The position numbers and the translations under genes were made by a program. 64,000 bases of DNA from the NCBI GenBank assembly GCA_002414385.1, contig DHZH01000002.1, forward strand, positions 406,914 to 470,913. The letters are read 5' to 3'. The notes under the pieces were generated by a model. That model did no database searches, had not been told where the DNA came from, and saw only the letters and a program-made list of their open reading frames with translations. This document shows positions 31,696 through 39,505 of this stretch, one piece after another. The DNA comes from Gammaproteobacteria bacterium UBA5109 (lineage in GTDB: Bacteria; Pseudomonadota; Gammaproteobacteria; Pseudomonadales; Pseudohongiellaceae). Within the stretch, counting starts at the first letter, position 1. Every line of letters starts with the position of its first letter.

Positions 31696-33702
31696 TTAAC
31701 GGGCAAGTCGAAAACCGGAGCTGGAACTGGCCTGAGTGGCCGGCATCCAGTTGCGGAAAGAAATTCGGCCCTGATGTTCACTGCTGTTCCAGCCACCACC
31801 GCGCAGTATTCGGCTGCAGCCACTTTCTCCGGTCCAGGCAGAACCATCATCCGGGGCACCGTTATAATTGTTACGAGCACAATCCTGTACCCATTCCCAG
31901 GCATTCCCGTGCATGTCAAACAGACCCCAGTCATTGGCAGGATAATTCATGACTTCCGCAGTACCGGCTTCACCACAGTTATTCATTTTTGCCAGGGCAC
32001 ACTGATGGGTATTACCCCAGTGATACTGAGCGGTGCTGCCGGCACGAGCAGCATATTCCCATTCGGCTTCTGTAGGGAGTCGATACCCGGCTCCGGTTTG
32101 ACCGTTAAGCCAGTCAATATAGGTTTGTACCTGATTCCAGTTGGCGTTGGTTACCGGCCGCAATTCCCTGCGCCCTGTACCCTGGTCATTGAGTTGGGCA
32201 CAAATACCAGCCTGCACACAGGAATCCCATTGCGCAAAAGTGACCTCATGTTCCATCAATTCAAAGTTATCGATGAATACTGTATGTACCGGTAGTTCAT
32301 CGCTGTCCCCGGTACCGGAGAGATCGCCCATATCAAAAAAACCGGAGGGGATGGAAATCATCTGGCCAAGATCAGCAATTGCCTGACTCAGTTGTTCCTG
32401 TTGCTGTTGTTGGCGCTGCTGGTTTTGTTGTTGCTGTTCCAGCCGCTCCTGTTCCAGTCTTTCCTGCTCGGCCTGTTCCGCTTCAGCCTGGAGTCTTTCC
32501 TGTTCGAGGCGCTCGGCTTCAGCCTGTTCCGCAACTTCCAGGGCAGCAGCAGCTTCTGCTGCAGCTTCCGCTGCAAGCTCTTCGGCACGCTGGCGCTCAG
32601 CTTCCGCCTGTAAACGCAATTCTTCGTTTTGCTGGTAAACCGTGAATCCGTAATAGCCTCCACCGGCAAGTATTATCAGCAATACTGCGGCAATGGCGTA
32701 CTTCCCGGCAGAGGATTGCTGTCCGGCAGGCTTGCTTACGGTGCTGGCTGCTGCTTTTTCCGGCTTTGCCTGTGGCGGGGGAGCAGATGCAGCAGCCTGT
32801 TCATTACCGTCAAGAAAACCGAGGACATCTTCGACAGACTGGAAGCGGTCTTCCTCATTAAGGCAGAGACATTTATCAATTGCCTTGAGTAAATTTTCTG
32901 AATATTTACCTTTGCCCAGTTCGAGCGCGGAAGTCATCGGGTCCGGCCGGTTACGGGTTACTGCACTCATGCGATTTTCTACCTGGGGCGGGTTCTGACT
33001 GGCGATAATGCGCCACATGACACCGCCAATGGCATAAATGTCAGTCCAGGGGCCGAGATTGCCGTCACTCTCTACCTGCTCAATAGCAGCATAGCCCGGA
33101 CTGTATGGCGCCATGGATTTACTGTGTTCGGTAAAATTCTGCTTGGCTGCACCGAAGTCGATTAATACCGGCTGTTCGTCGCTGCGGCGAATAAAAATAT
33201 TGCCCGGCTTGATATCGCGGTGCAGGACGTGCTGTTTATGTACAACACCGAGGCCTTTAAGCAAGGGAGTAATGATGCGACGCAGTTCATCTTCGGAAAA
33301 GCTCTGCTGGTTCTTTTCCCGGCCGCGAATCAGGTCCGATAGGGGCAGGCCATCTTCAAAGCTCATGACCAGGTAGGCTGTGCCGTTTTCTTCGATAAAG
33401 TCCTGGCAGTTAACAATGTTTGGATGATTTTCAAACTGTACCAGTTGCTTTGCTTCCGCCAGGAAGCGGTCAAGACCAGTCTGAAAATCGACCTGTTCAC
33501 GGGTACCAAGGGGGTGCACGGTACCGGATTCGCGTGTCGCCAGTTCCTGAGGCAGATATTCCTTGATTGCCAGCCAGTTTCCGAGGCGCATATGCTGGGC
33601 TTTATAGACAATGCCGAATCCGCCATAACCGAGCACGCTTTCGATACGGTATTGATTGATAACTGTGCCTTTCGGCAAGGCTAATCGATGTTCGGTATCC
33701 AT
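31696..33702 (-). CDS. Hanks-type Ser/Thr protein kinase, then TM, periplasmic coiled coil and FGE-sulfatase (SUMF1-type) domain
   Basis: 668 aa. Kinase motifs are GYGGFGIVY (aa 25-33), AIKE (K47), HRDIKPGN (aa 161-168), DFG (aa 182-184) and SPGYAAIEQ. The TM is YAIAAVLLIILAGGGYYGFTVY (aa 335-356). An E/Q/A/R-rich coil spans aa 357-445. The C-terminal domain (31699..32364) carries RLPTEAEWEYAARAG, GLFDMHGNAWEWVQD and RILRGGGW...SGFRLAR, typical of the FGE-sulfatase family. Confidence 0.9.
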   Translation of the reverse strand: MDTEHRLALPKGTVINQYRIESVLGYGGFGIVYKAQHMRLGNWLAIKEYLPQELATRESGTVHPLGTREQVDFQTGLDRFLAEAKQLVQFENHPNIVNCQDFIEENGTAYLVMSFEDGLPLSDLIRGREKNQQSFSEDELRRIITPLLKGLGVVHKQHVLHRDIKPGNIFIRRSDEQPVLIDFGAAKQNFTEHSKSMAPYSPGYAAIEQVESDGNLGPWTDIYAIGGVMWRIIASQNPPQVENRMSAVTRNRPDPMTSALELGKGKYSENLLKAIDKCLCLNEEDRFQSVEDVLGFLDGNEQAAASAPPPQAKPEKAAASTVSKPAGQQSSAGKYAIAAVLLIILAGGGYYGFTVYQQNEELRLQAEAERQRAEELAAEAAAEAAAALEVAEQAEAERLEQERLQAEAEQAEQERLEQERLEQQQQNQQRQQQQQEQLSQAIADLGQMISIPSGFFDMGDLSGTGDSDELPVHTVFIDNFELMEHEVTFAQWDSCVQAGICAQLNDQGTGRRELRPVTNANWNQVQTYIDWLNGQTGAGYRLPTEAEWEYAARAGSTAQYHWGNTHQCALAKMNNCGEAGTAEVMNYPANDWGLFDMHGNAWEWVQDCARNNYNGAPDDGSAWTGESGCSRILRGGGWNSSEHQGRISFRNWMPATQASSSSGFRLAR

Positions 33703-33767
33703 GATGCTTTCTGCAACCTGCCTCTTGTTTAACTGATTATATTGTCACATTTTTTAATTGTTACTAT

Positions 33768-34634
33768 TTAGATAGTTACAATGGCCATGATAATGCTCGC
33801 CAGCATGGACTGCCCGCTGGTGCTGTCAATAAATTCACCCTGACCACTTTGTGCCAGACGTCGTAAATATTCCTCAGCCTGATCACTGCCAACCATTACG
33901 GTGGACAGGTAATGTTCCGGGCTTGTGGTGGCGCTGAAATTCTGTGCGGTAGCAAAGGTTGTGTTCAGCAATTCCGGGTAGGCCGGCGCATCTGTCACTA
34001 CAATTATGTAGCGTCGCTGACTTTGCGGCCGCCAGTTCATTACTACGGCCTGATTGAGAGCAGCCGACAGGGCCTCCGGGTTGTCATCATTTGAGCCGCC
34101 ACCGAGACCCATATTGGCTTCCAGCTGATTGATGAAACTTTCAATCTGGGCAAAGTTGGTGGTCGGATATATCTGCTGGAAATTAAGCGGTTGATCCCAG
34201 AGTCGGTCGCCATACCAGACGATACCAATCCCGACTGACGGTGATAGACGGTCCAGCACTGTGGCCAGGTCGGCAATCTGCTGTTTCATCTGATCAATGT
34301 ATTCACCCATGCTGCCGGAAACATCCAGACAGATGACAATGTCCAGTTCGGGAATCCTGATGCGAGCCAGTTCAGAAGAAAGTTCACCGGCTTCCTGCTG
34401 AGACTGGGACAAATCACTTTGTGTCTGGGACAGTTCTTCCTGGGTTTGTTCCAGTTCCTGCTGTGCCTGTTCCAGCGCTTCGGCTACTTCCGCAACCAGT
34501 TCCGGGGAATCACCAGTGTTGGGGAAAAAGGGCAGGGCGGCAATTGTCAGCAACATAAAAGCACCCAGTGCCGAGGCAAACAGATCAAGTGCCGACATGC
34601 TGAAAATATTTATTTCGCGAGAGCGAATTTTCAC
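33768..34634 (-). CDS. vWA-domain protein with an N-terminal MotB/TolR/ExbD-like TM helix and a juxtamembrane coiled coil
   Basis: 288 aa. The N-terminus reads MKIRSREINIFSMSALDLFASALGAFMLLTIAALP, with basic residues and then a TM carrying Asp17. A Q/E-rich coil spans aa 43-90. The vWA MIDAS is DVSGSM (D104-S106-S108; nt 34311..34325), with a later VVTDAP. It overlaps the upstream gene stop by 4 nt. Confidence 0.85.
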   Translation of the reverse strand: MKIRSREINIFSMSALDLFASALGAFMLLTIAALPFFPNTGDSPELVAEVAEALEQAQQELEQTQEELSQTQSDLSQSQQEAGELSSELARIRIPELDIVICLDVSGSMGEYIDQMKQQIADLATVLDRLSPSVGIGIVWYGDRLWDQPLNFQQIYPTTNFAQIESFINQLEANMGLGGGSNDDNPEALSAALNQAVVMNWRPQSQRRYIIVVTDAPAYPELLNTTFATAQNFSATTSPEHYLSTVMVGSDQAEEYLRRLAQSGQGEFIDSTSGQSMLASIIMAIVTI

Positions 34635-36565
34635 TCCTGTTTCTCCAGCAGATTGACCTGATAGGTCACCAGGCCGACTTTAAGTGAATCTCCGGCATTC
34701 AGTTCATACTGCTGGCCGGGACTTAATACTGAGCCATTGATGGCGGTACCGTTGGCACTTTGCAGATCTTCAACATAAATTTTGTGATCCCGAACCATGA
34801 CGCGCAAATGTTTACGCGATACGGTTTCGATATTGAGTACATAGTCAGCATGTTGTGCCGAGCGACCGATAAGCTGACCGTTTTCTGACCGGATCAGCGC
34901 ATTACCGTTAATTTTCAGGCGTGACTCGGCGCCCTGTTCATCTTTGCCGAGTAAGACAATGTCGGGAAATTCAGCGGATGCCTTCTGTAGTTGTTCTTCA
35001 ATTTCCTGGCTCTGCTGCTTCACTTGCTGAATATTTTTTTCTGCTTCGTCCTGGCTTCGGCGACGTTTGCGGACCTGCATGACGACAAAGCCAAACAGGG
35101 CAATAACAACTATGCCAAAACCGCTCCACTGATACATGCGATTGCGCGCATCGACTTCTTGCTGGCGTGCTGCCTCTGCAAGCGCTTCTTCTCGTTCTTG
35201 TGCTTCCTGCTCGAGCTGTTCCTGTCTTTCCTGCAATTCAAGTTGTTCGGCTTCAGCCTGGGCAATGGCTTCCTGGCTGGCTTCAAGCTCCGCTTCCCGG
35301 GCCTGTAGTTCTTCCAGTCTTGCCTGATTTTCTGCCGCCAGTGCTTCCTGTTCGGCCAGTAATTCTTCTGTTGCTTCCTGGAGTCGCAGTCTTTCCTCTT
35401 CGAGAATTTCCTGTTCTTCAAACAAATCAATCAGAATTGCTTCCTGTTCCCTGATCTTGTCTTCTGCCAGTGCCAGAAGCTCGGCTTCTGACAGACAAAC
35501 ATCAAAGGCTTCATAGTAATCAACATTATTACTGGTCAGGAAAGTCCTGATACTGTCCAGGTTGGCACTGAATGCAAAATCCTGGTCTGGTCGCAAACGG
35601 TTGGAGAGCACCGGACTGGAATGCTGGCTGATACCGATCATTTCACCGCAATTATTTAACAGGGCAGCACCGTATTCCCCATCATCAGCCAGCGCGGTAT
35701 GACGAATCTGGCTTATGCCCTGATCAGTTTCAACAATACTCTGCAGGACACCCTGACGGTTTTCCTGCGCCAGGCCCAGAGCAATATTTCTGCCGGTTTC
35801 GGGGAAATCGTAGGATAGATTTATCGGACTGCCTTCAATACCGTTAACGGTTAACAATGCCAGACCGGCAGTTTCATCAGTGGCAGTAATACTGGCAACC
35901 AGAGAGGCACCATTCTGCGGGTTTTCGATAATCCACTGGTCACCCTGGGCGACCAGTGCTTCATTGGTAATAACCATATTATCTGTGACCAGGGTAGCCA
36001 GTCCGGTCTGCACTTCATTACCATTATTCAACACTCTCAGGCTGAAGATGTTGCTGGAAAAATTTGGCGAAAGGTCTATTTGCCAGTTGTCTTCGGGAGA
36101 TTCGGTGATAGCCAGAACCGCATCACCAAAAACATCTTCTTCAAAATAGGCACCTACCCAGATGTTGTATTCGCCGCTTTGCGGGTCATCAAAATAATAA
36201 CCGGCATTGAGATTTGCCAGGTTGTAATTATCATCATTACAGACCCACTCCCCGTCAGGAGTATTGATTAAAATTGTGGTATCCAGTTCCGAGCTTGTAT
36301 AAATTCCCAGCCCCCAGCCCGCGGCCTGGTAATCAAGGCGGTAATCAGGAGCATCAGAGATATAACCGTAGCAACTCGAATCTGCGTTGCCGGCATCAAG
36401 CTCGCCCCCAATGGCGACTTCAACAAGCTGTGGATCAGGCAGAAAACCGGCACTTAAATCGGTGCTGCCATAGTTAGGATCCATCCTGACATCCTGTGCA
36501 ACAGCCAGGCTACTTAAAACAGTGCCGCTTATCACAGTTAACACTATCAGTGGTCTAGTTTTCAT
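34631..36565 (-). CDS. Membrane-anchored protein: signal peptide, PPC-like module, degenerate trypsin-like domain, coiled coil, TM, cytoplasmic FHA
   Basis: I prefer the start MKTRPLIVLTVISGTVLSSLAVA-QD at 36565, which overlaps PP2C by 11 nt; the ORF-track start at 36682 would overlap it by 128 nt. The PPC-like module is ~36071..36496. The trypsin-2-like region has VITNEALV, ETAGLALLTV and GEYGAALLN. The E/Q/A coil is ~35140..35485 and the TM is WSGFGIVVIALFGFVVMQV. The FHA reads LIGRSAQHADYVLNIETVSRKHLRVMVRDHKIYVEDLQSANGTAINGSVL. Confidence 0.8.
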   Translation of the reverse strand: MKTRPLIVLTVISGTVLSSLAVAQDVRMDPNYGSTDLSAGFLPDPQLVEVAIGGELDAGNADSSCYGYISDAPDYRLDYQAAGWGLGIYTSSELDTTILINTPDGEWVCNDDNYNLANLNAGYYFDDPQSGEYNIWVGAYFEEDVFGDAVLAITESPEDNWQIDLSPNFSSNIFSLRVLNNGNEVQTGLATLVTDNMVITNEALVAQGDQWIIENPQNGASLVASITATDETAGLALLTVNGIEGSPINLSYDFPETGRNIALGLAQENRQGVLQSIVETDQGISQIRHTALADDGEYGAALLNNCGEMIGISQHSSPVLSNRLRPDQDFAFSANLDSIRTFLTSNNVDYYEAFDVCLSEAELLALAEDKIREQEAILIDLFEEQEILEEERLRLQEATEELLAEQEALAAENQARLEELQAREAELEASQEAIAQAEAEQLELQERQEQLEQEAQEREEALAEAARQQEVDARNRMYQWSGFGIVVIALFGFVVMQVRKRRRSQDEAEKNIQQVKQQSQEIEEQLQKASAEFPDIVLLGKDEQGAESRLKINGNALIRSENGQLIGRSAQHADYVLNIETVSRKHLRVMVRDHKIYVEDLQSANGTAINGSVLSPGQQYELNAGDSLKVGLVTYQVNLLEKQE

Positions 36566-37469
36566 CGCCCATGCTCTCATTATCTGCGTTTTCATCATTA
36601 TGCTCATCGGCATTATCTGAATCTGTCGGAGTTTCGTTATTGTTTTTGCCACGCAGGGTCTGTACATGAGCCTGGTCACCAAGAATGCGAATAATATTCA
36701 GGGTCGAGTTGTCCTGGGAAGGGCGCTGGTGCTCAGTGACTTTCTGTAAAATGATTTCGACCAGTTTTTCAGCATCACTCAAGGAATTCCCCTGTTCGGC
36801 AGCAAGCAGGCTCTGTAATTCTTCAACTGAGCAGGTTTCCACTCCATCACTGGCCAGGATAAATATATCACCTGCCTCTACACTGAATGTTTCATCAGGC
36901 AAATCAACCAGCTTGATGTCCCGGCCCAGGACTGCTTCCAGCAACTGGCTTCTTTCCGGCGAAGTTGCGGCTTCTTCAGCACTGATAAGACCTTGTTCCA
37001 CCTGTTTGGACAGTTCTTCGGCCATGGAGTGATTTTCATTAAGCCGGCTTAGCTTACCCTGACGATATAACCACAAGGGGCTGTCTCCGACGCTGATCCA
37101 TTGCACGGCATTGCCGTCAAAGATGAGAGCCAGAAAGGTAGAGCCCATGCCCTCCATTTCCGGGTTTTGTTTGACGTATTCGTAAACGGCCAGGTTTGCT
37201 GCACTCAGACCTTCCAGAAAACGGTCTTTGATTTCTTCTTTCTCTGAGGCAACAAAGCTTTCACGGAAAGTACTTACTACCAGCTGACTGGCTTCGGCAC
37301 CACCGACATGCCCGCCCATGCCATCGGCGAGAATATGCAGTGAAAAACCATTGGGCCAGCTGACGATAGCTGCCCGGTCCTGCTGGGATTTACGGCTGCC
37401 AATTATCTGACCCCAGGCTGAATCGGTGGTCAGGTTCGCAAGCTCTTTGGCACCCTCAGCAGCCATCAT
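36555..37469 (-). CDS. PP2C-family Ser/Thr phosphatase (soluble) with an acidic C-terminal tail
   Basis: 304 aa. Motifs are SRKSQQDRAAI, ILADGMGGHVGGAEAS, ILASDGV and QDNSTLNIIRI. The tail is rich in D/E/N. Confidence 0.9.
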   Translation of the reverse strand: MMAAEGAKELANLTTDSAWGQIIGSRKSQQDRAAIVSWPNGFSLHILADGMGGHVGGAEASQLVVSTFRESFVASEKEEIKDRFLEGLSAANLAVYEYVKQNPEMEGMGSTFLALIFDGNAVQWISVGDSPLWLYRQGKLSRLNENHSMAEELSKQVEQGLISAEEAATSPERSQLLEAVLGRDIKLVDLPDETFSVEAGDIFILASDGVETCSVEELQSLLAAEQGNSLSDAEKLVEIILQKVTEHQRPSQDNSTLNIIRILGDQAHVQTLRGKNNNETPTDSDNADEHNDENADNESMGDEN

Positions 37470-37477
37470 GCACCTGC

Positions 37478-38197
37478 TTATTCTTCATCCCAAGTGAAGT
37501 TTTCACCGCATAGCGGAACAAATAAAAGTGTGGTTTCACCCAGTGTGATACGGCTACCAGGGCTTAACTGGGCAGGAGCAAGCACCGGGCTGTTATTCAG
37601 GTAGGCCAGATTGGTACCGGAACCCTGCTGAATATAAAAGCTCAGGCCGCGCGGATCAAAAGTCAGAATGGCATGATTGGCACGGGAAATCTGCTCATCC
37701 CCGAAATCCAGTTTGACGCGTTCGGTTGGGCCACGGCCTATACTGTTCTGGCCGTTACCCAGCTTGAGATAATTGCCTTTTCCGGGACCGTCGATAACAA
37801 CCAGCCAGCCAACCACCGGATCGGCCATGGCATCAACCGGGCCGGACTGGGGTTCTTCCTGGGTATGGGGCTGCCGGGCTTTGCTGTGGCCTCCGGCTAT
37901 TACAGTAGCAGGCTCATCGCTTGCAGGAGCAGTTGATGATGCTGCCTGGGTTTCTTTCGAGCTGCCAGAGCTGTCTCCGGCTTTAACGGTAGGTGGCTCA
38001 TCAGCAAAAAGGCTGCCACCGGGAGACTGCTGATTGACTTCAGTTGGCGCATCGTCGTTATTGCCAGGACTTGATGTATTATCAAACAGGGAAGTCGGTG
38101 CTTCACTTCCTGCATTGCCTGACGACTGCTTGGATTTTTCATGCATGACGGACGGGACATCTACCGGTACACCGTCTGGGCCTCGTTTAACTGCCAT
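37478..38197 (-). CDS. FHA-domain protein with a long Ser/Thr/Pro-rich disordered N-terminal half
   Basis: 239 aa. The C-terminal FHA reads GWLVVIDGPGKGNYLKLGNGQNSIGRGPTERVKLDFGDEQISRANHAILTF...GTNLAYLNNSPV. The N-terminal ~130 aa are low complexity and S/T/P/A/G/D-rich. Confidence 0.85.
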   Translation of the reverse strand: MAVKRGPDGVPVDVPSVMHEKSKQSSGNAGSEAPTSLFDNTSSPGNNDDAPTEVNQQSPGGSLFADEPPTVKAGDSSGSSKETQAASSTAPASDEPATVIAGGHSKARQPHTQEEPQSGPVDAMADPVVGWLVVIDGPGKGNYLKLGNGQNSIGRGPTERVKLDFGDEQISRANHAILTFDPRGLSFYIQQGSGTNLAYLNNSPVLAPAQLSPGSRITLGETTLLFVPLCGENFTWDEE

Positions 38198-38223
38198 AAT
38201 GATCCTCCGGGAAAAATTTCAGT

Positions 38224-39039
38224 TTATTTTTCTTCATAAAGTCGGTTGATTAAATTATCCATACAATACTGGCCGGTGTTGTTGAGTGCGGATTCTTCCC
38301 GTCCCTGCGCCAGGTGCATAAAAAACACCAGAATTGCAGACATAACCAGCGCCAGCAGGGTCGTATTGAACGCCACACCAAGTTTGGTGGTAAGCACGCC
38401 CATCCAGACGCGAATTGCATCACTTTGTCCCAGGTCTGGCATATCGGATGCTTCCGACAATGACAGGGCGATACCGATAACTGTTCCGATAAAGCCGATA
38501 GTCGGAATCAGCCAGACCAGGTAACGAACCATGTTGTATTTCAGGTCGATCTCATGCTGCATCAACTCCAGACTGGAATTCATCAGGTTGTTGGACTGGT
38601 CTATGGACTGGCTGTTCTGGAACTGCAGAATAATACGGTGAATCAGCCGTGGCAGGAAAAAATAACGGGTATGCTTGTTATCAACCACTGAGCTGAAAAT
38701 CGGAACCAGCTCTTTGGCACGCAGCATTGTCGTATCATCTTCCGGCAACAGGCCGCGTTTGAGCTGGGCAATTTCTTTCTTGCCGCGGTCAAAACGGACC
38801 CAGAGTTCACCAAAGCCGATCATGAACAGCAGCCACATGATATTCTGGATGGTCAAGGGATAGGGGAAGACGTCTGTGGAGCGGTCGAAAAGAATATCTG
38901 CGAGTACCAGCTCTCCGACAACATCTTCAGACGGTGAGCTTATCAGTGACATGATGGCAATGAAAACCGCACCGATCATGATAGCAACCAGGGCAACAAT
39001 TACACGGTAGGTTGTTTCCTGTTGTTCAAGATTATTCAT
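38224..39039 (-). CDS. MotA/TolQ/ExbB-family proton-channel protein with no cognate MotB/ExbD/TolR gene adjacent
   Basis: 271 aa. It has two N-terminal TMs, a ~90-aa cytoplasmic loop, then the family signature LIPTIGFIGTVIGIALSL ... LGVAFNTTLLALVMSAILVFF. Confidence 0.85.
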   Translation of the reverse strand: MNNLEQQETTYRVIVALVAIMIGAVFIAIMSLISSPSEDVVGELVLADILFDRSTDVFPYPLTIQNIMWLLFMIGFGELWVRFDRGKKEIAQLKRGLLPEDDTTMLRAKELVPIFSSVVDNKHTRYFFLPRLIHRIILQFQNSQSIDQSNNLMNSSLELMQHEIDLKYNMVRYLVWLIPTIGFIGTVIGIALSLSEASDMPDLGQSDAIRVWMGVLTTKLGVAFNTTLLALVMSAILVFFMHLAQGREESALNNTGQYCMDNLINRLYEEK

Positions 39040-39100
39040 AGCTTAATTCCGCTTTCTCAGGCAACGAAAGGCTTTCCCTGGCTGCCGGACAAGTTATGGA

Positions 39101-39379
39101 TCAGTGCTTAATCGAATGCACCAGCTGCCGGACCTGAACTTCTTCTTTGCCGAGCAGCAGGATGTCACTTTCATTAACAAAGCCCTGTTTCATTAATTCC
39201 CAGGATTCGCCTTTCCTTATGCGGGTACCAGCTGTGGAATTAGCATCTATCAGGTAGTATTTGCCATCATCAGTACGTGTCAGCTCCAGATGTTTGCGGG
39301 AAACACTCTGGCCATTGATCTGGATATCAGCATCTGAAGCTCTACCGACTGAAAAAGTTCTGAATGACATGCATACCAC
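39101..39379 (-). CDS. Stand-alone FHA-domain protein, first gene of the minus operon
   Basis: 92 aa, with an alternative ATG at 39370 giving MSFRTF. The FHA motif reads FSVGRASDADIQINGQSVSRKHLELTRTDDGKYYLIDANSTAGTRI. Confidence 0.85.
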   Translation of the reverse strand: MVCMSFRTFSVGRASDADIQINGQSVSRKHLELTRTDDGKYYLIDANSTAGTRIRKGESWELMKQGFVNESDILLLGKEEVQVRQLVHSIKH

Positions 39380-39398
39380 CCTGAGTTTATGCAGACGC

Positions 39399-39414
39399 TT
39401 ATTCTATAGAATAA
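39399..39414. promoter_or_regulatory. Perfect 16-bp palindrome in the divergent promoter region of the island
   Basis: TTATTCTATAGAATAA is its own reverse complement. It lies 20-30 nt upstream of the FHA gene start and ~90 nt upstream of the PP2C-PepSY gene. Confidence 0.4.
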
Positions 39415-39505
39415 TTCGGGATTGCGCCAAATCTGCGACAGTTATATTTTCTGATAAAAAACTGGTGTTGAGGAAAGCCTGTAAAAGGGCTATCGTTAAC
39501 TTCCT

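Noticed and set aside
32379-32669. Cluster of overlapping ORFs (32379..32645 +, 32388..32669 -, 32392..32613 +) and a similar set at 35110..35454
   Set aside because: They coincide with the GAA/CAG/GCN-rich coiled-coil coding segments of the kinase and pseudoprotease genes. Such repeats are stop-free in several frames, so these ORFs are artefacts.
36566-36682. 39-codon N-terminal extension of the pseudoprotease-FHA ORF (track start at 36682)
   Set aside because: It would overlap the PP2C gene by 128 nt and precede the obvious signal peptide. The ATG at 36565 gives MKTRPLIVLTVISGTVLSSLAVA-QD, a proper signal sequence.
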